A DNA stretch of 64,000 bases from Phycisphaerales bacterium (GTDB lineage: Bacteria; Planctomycetota; Phycisphaerae; Phycisphaerales; UBA1924): assembly GCA_029260395.1 (NCBI GenBank), contig JAJDDJ010000002.1, positions 145,155-209,154 on the forward strand. The letters run 5' to 3'. A program made the translations under genes and the position numbers. Shown here in pieces: positions 46,283-53,115 of the stretch; positions within the stretch are counted from its first letter, which is position 1; the number at the start of each line of letters is the position of its first letter. The notes beneath the pieces are model-generated. The model saw only the letters and a program-made list of their open reading frames with translations, was not told the DNA's origin and searched no databases.

Positions 46283-47031
46283 GGTCTGGGTTCCTTGCGT
46301 GCGCGCAAGGCGGCACGGAGCATGGTCTGTTGTTCATCTGAACCGACGAGCGATCGCGAAGCCGCCAGTGCTCTCGGCCCCTGTTGACCGACGGCGTCGA
46401 GTTGATGCACCCAGCTGGCGGTTTGCGCTTGGGCATGGGTACTTGGCTTGCACAGCGTGCGAGCTCGCTGGATGGCAGCGGGCAGCACGCCGCTCGGGTC
46501 GCCGACGATCTCGTCCACAAGGCCGATCTCATGCGCGCGCGAACCGTCAATCAAATCGGGCCTGAGCATCAGTTCGCGCGCACGGGCGGTGCCGATGCGG
46601 GGCGCGAGCGTCGGAGCCGAGACCGCGGGGCTGACCCCTATCCGTAAGACTGGATAGCCGAGCTTGGCAGAGGCGTGGCTAACGACTACATCGGCAGCGC
46701 CGAGCAGGGCGCAGCCGCCCGCGACCGCAGCCCCCTGCACCGCCATCACCACCGGCTGGCGCGCGGCTCGCAGCGTGTCGATGGCCCGTGCGAGGCCGAC
46801 GAGCAGCGCATCGAGCACCGCCAGATCGGCATCGCAGGCATCCAGATCGAACCCCGCGCAGAACGTGGGTCCGTTGCCCGCGACCACGAGTGCGCGCGCC
46901 GTCGAGTCCTCCACAGCTTGGGCGAGCGATCCGAGCATGTCGGGCAGCATGGCGTTGCGTTTGTCCGGCCGATCGAGGCTGATGACCTCAATCGAACCGT
47001 TCTCGTCCTCGAACAGCTCGCGGGCGATCAT
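46279..47031 (-). CDS. enoyl-CoA hydratase/isomerase family protein
   Basis: GNGPTFCAGFDL and GAAVAGGCALLGAADV motifs. Start/stop overlaps with both neighbours. Confidence 0.8.
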   Translation of the reverse strand: MIARELFEDENGSIEVISLDRPDKRNAMLPDMLGSLAQAVEDSTARALVVAGNGPTFCAGFDLDACDADLAVLDALLVGLARAIDTLRAARQPVVMAVQGAAVAGGCALLGAADVVVSHASAKLGYPVLRIGVSPAVSAPTLAPRIGTARARELMLRPDLIDGSRAHEIGLVDEIVGDPSGVLPAAIQRARTLCKPSTHAQAQTASWVHQLDAVGQQGPRALAASRSLVGSDEQQTMLRAALRARKEPRP

Positions 47032-47954
47032 GAGGCGGCCTCCCGCTTGGAGGCGGCAGAGACGATGTCCGCAGCGAGGCGTGAGGCCTCGCTGAGCTTC
47101 TCACGATCGATTCCCGTGGTCATGCCCGCTGCGTCGATGGCCTCGAGCAGCGCCGCGGTCGAGATGTTGCCCGGCGCCCGCTTGCCCGGCGTGGACGCAT
47201 ACGGGCAGCCGCCCAGCCCGCCCGCCGAGCTATCGAAGGAGCGAAGGCCCATGTCCAGAGCCGTGCGCACGCACGAGGCCGCTTTGCCGTGGGTGTCGTG
47301 GAGGTGCAGTACGAGCCGGCTTGCATCGACCGCTTCCAAGACCGCTTGAAGCATGGCCCTCGTGGAATCGGGCGTGGCGTCGCCGATGGTGTCGCCTAAG
47401 TCGATCTCGTTGACTCCGAGATCGAGGAGTTGCTGGCTTAGCCGGGCGACTGCCGCGGGCTCGATCGCGCCCTCAAACGGGCACGCGATGGCGCACGAAA
47501 TGTAGCCCCGAACCGCGAGCGCGTGCGACTTGGCGGCTTCGATGACGGGCACAAAGCGTTCGAGCGTTTCGGCGATACTCGCGTTGGTGTTCTTCTGGCT
47601 GAATGTTTCGCTGGCGGCCGTAAACACGCTGACTTTGTCGATGAGCATGAAGCCGGCGCGCTCGTTGACATCGATCAGGCGGTCCATGCCTTTGGCGTTT
47701 GGCACCAAAGCGGAGAAGCACATCGGGCTGAGGGCATTGGCCTTGCAATCTACGACACGTTCGAGCAGTTCGGCGGCGTCTCCGAGCTGGGGGATCCATT
47801 TCGGGCTCACGAAGCTGGTGACCTCGATCTCGTCAACGCCCGCGAGGCACAGGGCTTCGATGAGCCGGGCCTTATCGTCGGTGGGCACAAGGGCGGCCTC
47901 GTTCTGAAGCCCGTCGCGGGGGGCGACGTCCGTAATGCGCACGCGGTCGGTCAT
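47028..47954 (-). CDS. hydroxymethylglutaryl-CoA lyase
   Basis: ITDVAPRDGLQNE, EVTSFVSPKWIPQ, HLHDTHG and GGLGGCPYA motifs. Confidence 0.9.
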   Translation of the reverse strand: MTDRVRITDVAPRDGLQNEAALVPTDDKARLIEALCLAGVDEIEVTSFVSPKWIPQLGDAAELLERVVDCKANALSPMCFSALVPNAKGMDRLIDVNERAGFMLIDKVSVFTAASETFSQKNTNASIAETLERFVPVIEAAKSHALAVRGYISCAIACPFEGAIEPAAVARLSQQLLDLGVNEIDLGDTIGDATPDSTRAMLQAVLEAVDASRLVLHLHDTHGKAASCVRTALDMGLRSFDSSAGGLGGCPYASTPGKRAPGNISTAALLEAIDAAGMTTGIDREKLSEASRLAADIVSAASKREAAS

Positions 47955-48042
47955 GGTGCCATGCTATTCGCCCCTGGCGAAGAATTATCGCCAGGATGGT
48001 GAACCGGCCCGCGTCGGGCGGCGACTGGATGCTGAGCACACC

Positions 48043-48609
48043 ATGAAACGCACCGCCGCACAAGTCGCTGAAGAACTCCTCGTGCTCCGCACGCAGGCGG
48101 GCGACGAGGACTCGTTGCGGCTGTTGGTTCGGCTCTGGACGCCGAGGCTCGTTCGGCACGCGGCCCGGCTTGTGCGGGATGTGCACTTGGCACGGGACGC
48201 GGTGCAGGAAGCATGGGTGGCGATCGCGTCAGGCGTGCGAAGGCTCGACGATCCAGCGCTGTTCGGGCCGTGGGCGTACCGGATCGTGCACCACAAGGGC
48301 GTGGACATGGTCCGCCGAGAGAGCCGGCACGCTTCGGCTGTGCGGCGGTCTGCACGGGCGGAAGCACCATCCAAGAACGAATCGCCGATCGAGCGACACG
48401 AAGACGGCGAGCCGCTTCGAGCTGCGCTTCGGGCGATGGAAGCCGAGCAGCGGGCGATGTTGTGCCTGTTCTACATCGATGAACTCACCGTCAGCCAGCT
48501 CGCGGTGGTGCTGGGCGTGCCGTCCGGCACGGTCAAGAGCCGACTGTTCAATGCACGCAAGCAACTCAAACAGAGCCTCCCACGAGAGACCCAAGGAGAA
48601 TCGCCATGA
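48043..48609 (+). CDS. ECF-type RNA polymerase sigma factor
   Basis: Region 2 (DAVQEAWVAIASGVRRL...WAYRIVHHKGVDMVRR) and region 4 (MLCLFYIDELTVSQLAVVLGVPSGTVKSRLFNARKQL). ATG 48043. Confidence 0.85.
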   Translation: MKRTAAQVAEELLVLRTQAGDEDSLRLLVRLWTPRLVRHAARLVRDVHLARDAVQEAWVAIASGVRRLDDPALFGPWAYRIVHHKGVDMVRRESRHASAVRRSARAEAPSKNESPIERHEDGEPLRAALRAMEAEQRAMLCLFYIDELTVSQLAVVLGVPSGTVKSRLFNARKQLKQSLPRETQGESP

Positions 48610-48983
48610 GAAACCTCGACGACAGCATCAAGCAGGCTTTGGAGCAGGAAGACCGGGAATGGTTCGATTCGCTCGCAGAGCCATCGCCGCTGGGCCAGGT
48701 GCTCGATAGCTTCAAGTCCCGCAACCGGCTGATGATCGCCGTCTCGATGGTATTCGGGCTGGTGATGACCGCGCTGTCGTTCTGGTTCGCGTTCCGGATG
48801 TTCCAGGCCGGCGACGTTCGGACCACCGTGCTGTGGTCGGCGGGGCTGGTCCTCGCCATCCACGGGATCAGCATGATGAAGCTGTGGTACTTCATGGAGC
48901 TGCAGAAGAACACGACCATCCGCGAGATCAAGCGCGTCGAGCTGCAAGTCGCGCGACTTCAGTCAAAGCTCAATGGGCCATGA
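48606..48983 (+). CDS. two-TM membrane protein co-transcribed with the ECF sigma factor (candidate anti-sigma/partner)
   Basis: ATGA overlap with the sigma gene. TM stretches LMIAVSMVFGLVMTALSFWFAF and VLWSAGLVLAIHGISMM. The function call is positional inference. Confidence 0.6.
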   Translation: MRNLDDSIKQALEQEDREWFDSLAEPSPLGQVLDSFKSRNRLMIAVSMVFGLVMTALSFWFAFRMFQAGDVRTTVLWSAGLVLAIHGISMMKLWYFMELQKNTTIREIKRVELQVARLQSKLNGP

Positions 48984-49125
48984 ACGATGGCTCCACCCGT
49001 GCAAGGCGGGGTCTCTGCCTTGGTGCCACCGCTGGCTTGTGCAGCGGTGGCGGCTTTGTGGCACATCGCACCGGCTGCCCCCCATCAAGCTGCCAGTGCC
49101 ACCCGGGCATGCGAAGACTCTTCCT

Positions 49126-49160
49126 CCCTCTCCCGCGCCCCGTGGGAGAGGGTCTTTTCT
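49126..49160 (+). terminator. candidate intrinsic terminator in the convergent gap
   Basis: CCCTCTCCC-gcgccccgt-GGGAGAGGG (9-bp stem) followed by TCTTTTCT. A second 9-bp hairpin (CCACCGCTG/CAGCGGTGG) lies at 49026-49050. Confidence 0.45.
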
Positions 49161-49175
49161 CCGCCCACTGCCGTC

Positions 49176-50567
49176 TTACGGGCACGGCCCGATGAGGCCG
49201 AGCAAGGCGAGGAAGTCGCCGAAGCTCACCATGCCGTCGTAACCGATGATGCCGAAGTCGTCGGCGATGTCGCCCGTGCAGCCGGGCACGCCGCGGGGGC
49301 AAGGTCCGACGAGCCCGAGCATCGCAAGAAAATCGCCGAAGCTGACCATGCCATCACTGCCGAGCGTGCCGAAGTCGTCAGCGATATCGCCGTAGCATGG
49401 CGCAGCGGGGAGTTCGAAGGTATAGGCCGCGCCAGATTCCTCGCCCGCGTACTCGGCGCGAGGTGCCCCGATGATCGCGACGCCGTCGGAGAGTCCTACT
49501 GACCTGCCGGCGTTGCCGAACACCCAAAGGTCCGCAAGATCAGACGACTCGAGCCGATACAGCCACTGCCCGGTGCCAGCGTCGAATGCGTGAGCCGCAC
49601 CCTCAACGCCATCACCGCCCCATGCCTCGCCAACGAGGATGATGTCGCCGGATACTGCAACGGACGAACCGAATTCGGCCTGTGCGTGGACTCCGGGCCT
49701 AGAAAGCTCAAAGAGCCACTGGCCCGTGGAGGCGTCGAATACATGCGCAGAACCATGGGTGTTGTTCGCTCCAGTTCCAACCACCGCCGTCGTCTCGGAG
49801 ATCGCCACGGAATAGCCGAAATTGCGAGCATTCCCCGAGTCTGGGATGAGCTCGAAGAGCTGCTGGCCGGTCGTGGCATCAAAGACATATGCCGCTTCGC
49901 CGTCGAGGCCTCGTGTACCGACAACTACGGTGGTCCCCGAAATGGCTACGGAGGAGCCGAACTGACTGTGGTCCGCGGCATCTGACGCGGTCAGCTTGAA
50001 GAGCTGCTGGCCGGTGGTGGTGTCAATGACGTATGCCGCGCCGGTGCCGAAGCCTATGCCCGCGTCGTCAAATCGCGCGCCCACGACAGCAATGGTGCCA
50101 GAGATCGCCACGGAAAAGCCGAAATGTTCGCTGAGCGCTCCGTCACCCGCGCTGAACTTGCGGAGCTGCTGGCCGGTCGTCGTGTCGAAGAGGTACGCCA
50201 CGCCAGCACCGTCATCGTTCTGGCTCGCATAGGGTGCTCCGACAATAGCGGTAGTGCCGTCGATGGCCACGGACAAGCCGAAACTGTCGCCCTGGCTCAG
50301 GTCGGAAGGGATGAGCTTGAAGAGCTGCTGGCCGGTGGTCATGTCAAAGACGTAGACAGCGCCATTCTCGACAACGTAACCGTCAATATGGCCGTCGCCG
50401 TACGCCCCGACGATGGCGGTGGTGCCGGAGACACCCACGGAAAAGCCGAAGTGGTCATCCGCCGCGGTATCAGTTCCCAGGAGCCTGAAATCCTCTGTGA
50501 GCTGTCCGCTGGCGAGGGGGGCGGCGGTAGCAAAGCTCAGGGCGATCGTCGCATACGTCAGTTTCAT
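49176..50567 (-). CDS. secreted FG-GAP-like seven-bladed beta-propeller protein with two C-terminal Cys-bounded dockerin-like modules
   Basis: Signal peptide. Six or seven repeats of FG.SVA.SG.TA.VGA...GAAYVFD..TGQQLFKL. Tandem modules C.GDIADDFG..G.DGMVSFGDFLA.LGL.GPCP occur twice at the C-terminus. Confidence 0.85.
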   Translation of the reverse strand: MKLTYATIALSFATAAPLASGQLTEDFRLLGTDTAADDHFGFSVGVSGTTAIVGAYGDGHIDGYVVENGAVYVFDMTTGQQLFKLIPSDLSQGDSFGLSVAIDGTTAIVGAPYASQNDDGAGVAYLFDTTTGQQLRKFSAGDGALSEHFGFSVAISGTIAVVGARFDDAGIGFGTGAAYVIDTTTGQQLFKLTASDAADHSQFGSSVAISGTTVVVGTRGLDGEAAYVFDATTGQQLFELIPDSGNARNFGYSVAISETTAVVGTGANNTHGSAHVFDASTGQWLFELSRPGVHAQAEFGSSVAVSGDIILVGEAWGGDGVEGAAHAFDAGTGQWLYRLESSDLADLWVFGNAGRSVGLSDGVAIIGAPRAEYAGEESGAAYTFELPAAPCYGDIADDFGTLGSDGMVSFGDFLAMLGLVGPCPRGVPGCTGDIADDFGIIGYDGMVSFGDFLALLGLIGPCP

Positions 50568-50665
50568 CGCGGGCTCCTCACAGGGGCGGGGGGTTTGAAC
50601 GCCCAGCCTACCCGAAGCGGCGGGTCCGGCTCTAGGGCTTTTTACTCGCTTTGATGCCGCATTGG

Positions 50666-50938
50666 AGCCACCTGATGGGCCGTCAGGCCACCCTGATGCA
50701 GCATCAGGTCCACCGGACAGAGCATCAGGTCAACCGGATGGAGCATCAGGTCCACCAGATGGAGCATCTGGTCAACCTGCAGCTCTTGCAGGCTGGCCTA
50801 CAGCTCTTGTAGGTCAAGCAACAACGAGCGTAGAGCAACCACACACGACCGTAGAGGGCTCTATCACTCTCGTATAGCAGCGCACGATGACCGTAGAGCA
50901 GCGCACAACGACCGTAAAGCAACCAACAACAACCCTCG
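50666..50938. repeat. array of 13 exactly phased 21-nt units; units 0-6 are CC...GG stem-loops and units 7-12 are direct repeats
   Basis: Hand alignment. Unit n starts at 50666+21n. Hairpin 5' arms start at 50671, 50692, 50713, 50734, 50755, 50776 and 50797. See findings. Confidence 0.9.
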
Positions 50939-51028
50939 ACGGCACAAAAACGAACTCCCAATGAGTGATCGGCAACGTTCGTTCAAGTGATGGAGCGTCC
51001 GCGTCGATCAGGGCGAGCGAAGAACGAC

Positions 51029-51079
51029 GGGCCAGATGCCCATCCCACTGGAAGAACACGGGCGGGACGCCCGTGCCAC
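51029..51079. repeat. two copies of a 20-nt hairpin motif (GGGCCAGATGCCCATCCCAC, GGGCGGGACGCCCGTGCCAC)
   Basis: Copies at 51029-51048 and 51060-51079. The second extends to a perfect CACGGGCG-GGA-CGCCCGTG hairpin. Confidence 0.75.
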
Positions 51080-51282
51080 AAGCAGCGGCCCATCGCTCAC
51101 GCTCAGGGCTCCTTCTTCACAAGGTCCCCTCTTCCTCGATGCCCACTGAGCCCACCATCTCTGTGGTGAAGCTTCTTGAAGAGGCCATGGGGCTCCCGCC
51201 CCGGGCTCGAAAGCAAGCACGCTCTCCTCGGCGGGCTCTGCGTCTTCGCTCAGCGTCGCTGCGTTCGGGATCACCACTCGAT

Positions 51283-51302
51283 GGGCAAGATGCCCGTCCC
51301 AC
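51283..51302. repeat. third copy of the 20-nt hairpin motif (GGGCAAGATGCCCGTCCCAC)
   Basis: Same GGGC-N-RGA-Y-GCCC-RT-SCCAC pattern, 65 nt upstream of the methyltransferase ATG. Confidence 0.7.
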
Positions 51303-51367
51303 CGCAGGCGGCTCAACCCGCTGGCGGCCAAGGGCGTACGATCGGTTCTCACGCACGGAGGAGCCAA

Positions 51368-52540
51368 ATGGCCGACGATCAGCAGCAAGCCCCCCCCCAG
51401 CCGGCCGACTCATCCCCAAGTGCCGACGCCCGCAAGCCGGTCGTGCCCGCGGCGGCGGCACCTCTGCCGAGGATGCTCGGGGCGCTGCCGGGGGATCTGC
51501 GGGCCAAGCTCCGCGAGCGGCTGCGGGGCACCTTCGACCAGTTCTTCGATACCTACCTGGAGCCGTGGTACCTCCGGCGCCAGCAGTTCGCCAAGCAGCA
51601 GCCGGACAAGACGCTGGACTACTACTACGAGGCCCGGTGGGCGCTCGAGCAGCTCTACTCGCCCTTTAGCGATGCCAAGCGCAACCCGGTCAAGGCGTTC
51701 GAGAAGCACTACGTGATCCCCAAGGCCGAGCCCAACGGCCCGGTCGATCCGGTCGACGGCCTGCCGATCGTGCCGACCTCGATGTGCACGCCCTTCCACG
51801 CGAAAGACTCGGCCACGCTGTTGCAAGTCGGGCGGGACAACGTCGCCAAGATGCGGACGGTCCTCCGCGACGGCAAGGCCAAGGGCGGCGACGGCGACCT
51901 GTCGCCCGACAGCAGGATCCTCGACTTCGGCTGCTACTGCGGCAACATGATGCGCGCTCTGGGCGAGTTCACGGACGAGGGCGAGGTGTGGGGCGCTGAC
52001 CTTGATGGCGACCCTGTGACGTGGGCGATGACGCACCTGACGCCCAAGTACAGGTTCATGTTCACGAGCTCTTCGGCGCACCTGCCGTTCGAGGACCGGT
52101 ACTTCGACCTGATCTACTGCGGCAGCGTCTTCAGCCACATCGAAGCGCCCGATGCGTGGCTCGCCGAGCTGTCGCGGATCCTGCGGCCCGGCGGGCAGCT
52201 GTACGTCACGATGATCGATAAGCCCGCGCTGGCGAAGTACATCAAGGAATGGCCGGACGTATCCATCGCGCGCGAGGCCACGGGCTTCATGACCAAAGAG
52301 CAGCTCGAGAGCGACTACGCGCAGATGGTCATCAACCGTTCGCCGTGGCAGCACGCGATCTTCGACCGCGAGTTCTTCCTGAACAAGGCGCGCCAGACGT
52401 TCGATGTGGTGAGCGTGGCACCGTTCGTGTACAGCTACCAGACCGCGGTGCTGCTGACCAAGCGGGATACCGCACGCCGGCGGCCGGCCGCGAACACCCA
52501 GGCTGAGATCAAGCCCGCGGGCGCTACCGCTGGGGTGTAG
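51368..52540 (+). CDS. class I SAM-dependent methyltransferase with a about 190-aa N-terminal extension
   Basis: Motif I region RILDFGCYCGNMM and post-I/II YFDLIYCGSVFSHI...LRPGGQLYVT. GGAGGA lies before ATG 51368. Confidence 0.8.
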   Translation: MADDQQQAPPQPADSSPSADARKPVVPAAAAPLPRMLGALPGDLRAKLRERLRGTFDQFFDTYLEPWYLRRQQFAKQQPDKTLDYYYEARWALEQLYSPFSDAKRNPVKAFEKHYVIPKAEPNGPVDPVDGLPIVPTSMCTPFHAKDSATLLQVGRDNVAKMRTVLRDGKAKGGDGDLSPDSRILDFGCYCGNMMRALGEFTDEGEVWGADLDGDPVTWAMTHLTPKYRFMFTSSSAHLPFEDRYFDLIYCGSVFSHIEAPDAWLAELSRILRPGGQLYVTMIDKPALAKYIKEWPDVSIAREATGFMTKEQLESDYAQMVINRSPWQHAIFDREFFLNKARQTFDVVSVAPFVYSYQTAVLLTKRDTARRRPAANTQAEIKPAGATAGV

Positions 52541-53102
52541 CCGGATCCGCTGGGGCAGAGGGAGCCGGTTCCGCAGGAGCTGGCTCTGCCGGTACGGGCT
52601 CGGTTGGTGCTGGTTTGGCGGGCGTTGGCTCGGCTGGCTCCGCAGCATCCGGTTCCGTTGCGGCTGGTTCGGCTTCGAGGGCTTCGCTCTCTTCCTCGCT
52701 GTCGCCGGAGATCTTCAGGAACGGGATCGTGGAATCGATGTTGTTGATCGTCTTGCGGAGGCTGGCGAGGCTCTTGTCCACGCTCGCAAGGTTTGTGTCC
52801 ACGGTGGTGAGAGTCGTGTCGACGGTCGCGAGGTTGGAGTCGACCGTCGTGAGGGTCTCGCCGATAGGCCCGAGCTTGGCATCGATCTGCGTGAGCGAGG
52901 CGTCGATGCTCTGGAGCGACTGCTCGATGGATGCGAGCTTGGTGAGCCGTTCCTCGTTGATCGACTTGAGCTGGGCATCAACGGCGACCAGCCGCTGATT
53001 GGTTGTTTGCATCTCGGCATAGATGTCGTTGACGACACATCCGGTCATGGGCAGCGAGGCCAAGAGAGCAACGAATGTCACGATGAGGCGTGCGTGTGGC
53101 AT
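52524..53102 (-). CDS. coiled-coil lipoprotein with about 10 (S/T)(V/I)DxxLx heptads and a Pro/Ala/Glu-rich tail
   Basis: Lipobox LLASLPMTGC. SIEQSLQ-SIDASLT-QIDAKLG-PIGETLT-TVDSNLA-TVDTTLT-TVDTNLA-SVDKSLA... Tail EPAATEPDAAEPAEPTPAKPAPTEPVPAEPAPAEP. Confidence 0.7.
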   Translation of the reverse strand: MPHARLIVTFVALLASLPMTGCVVNDIYAEMQTTNQRLVAVDAQLKSINEERLTKLASIEQSLQSIDASLTQIDAKLGPIGETLTTVDSNLATVDTTLTTVDTNLASVDKSLASLRKTINNIDSTIPFLKISGDSEEESEALEAEPAATEPDAAEPAEPTPAKPAPTEPVPAEPAPAEPAPSAPADPATPQR

Positions 53103-53115
53103 AGCTGCATGGTAA

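Noticed and set aside
49023-49102. GTGCCAC/GTGGCAC heptamers as a REP-like element family
   Set aside because: The heptamer also occurs inside coding sequence (e.g. in motB), so three copies in 80 nt may be chance in GC-rich DNA. They are noted only as context under the hairpin-motif finding.
50662-50877. 71-aa plus-strand ORF across the 21-nt array, encoding heptads PDGASGQ / PDRASGQ (collagen- or mucin-like look)
   Set aside because: It has a TTG start and no Shine-Dalgarno. Third codon positions are mostly A/T (cca cct gat gca tca ggt ...), whereas every convincing gene in the window is strongly GC3-biased. The open frame is a trivial consequence of a 21-nt (7-codon) repeat. Minus-strand ORFs 50746-50961 and 50814-51059 were rejected for the same reasons.
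50666-50938. CRISPR array interpretation of the 21-nt repeats
   Set aside because: The units abut each other with no unique spacers. 21 nt is below typical CRISPR repeat length. The units drift in sequence, and no cas genes are in the window.
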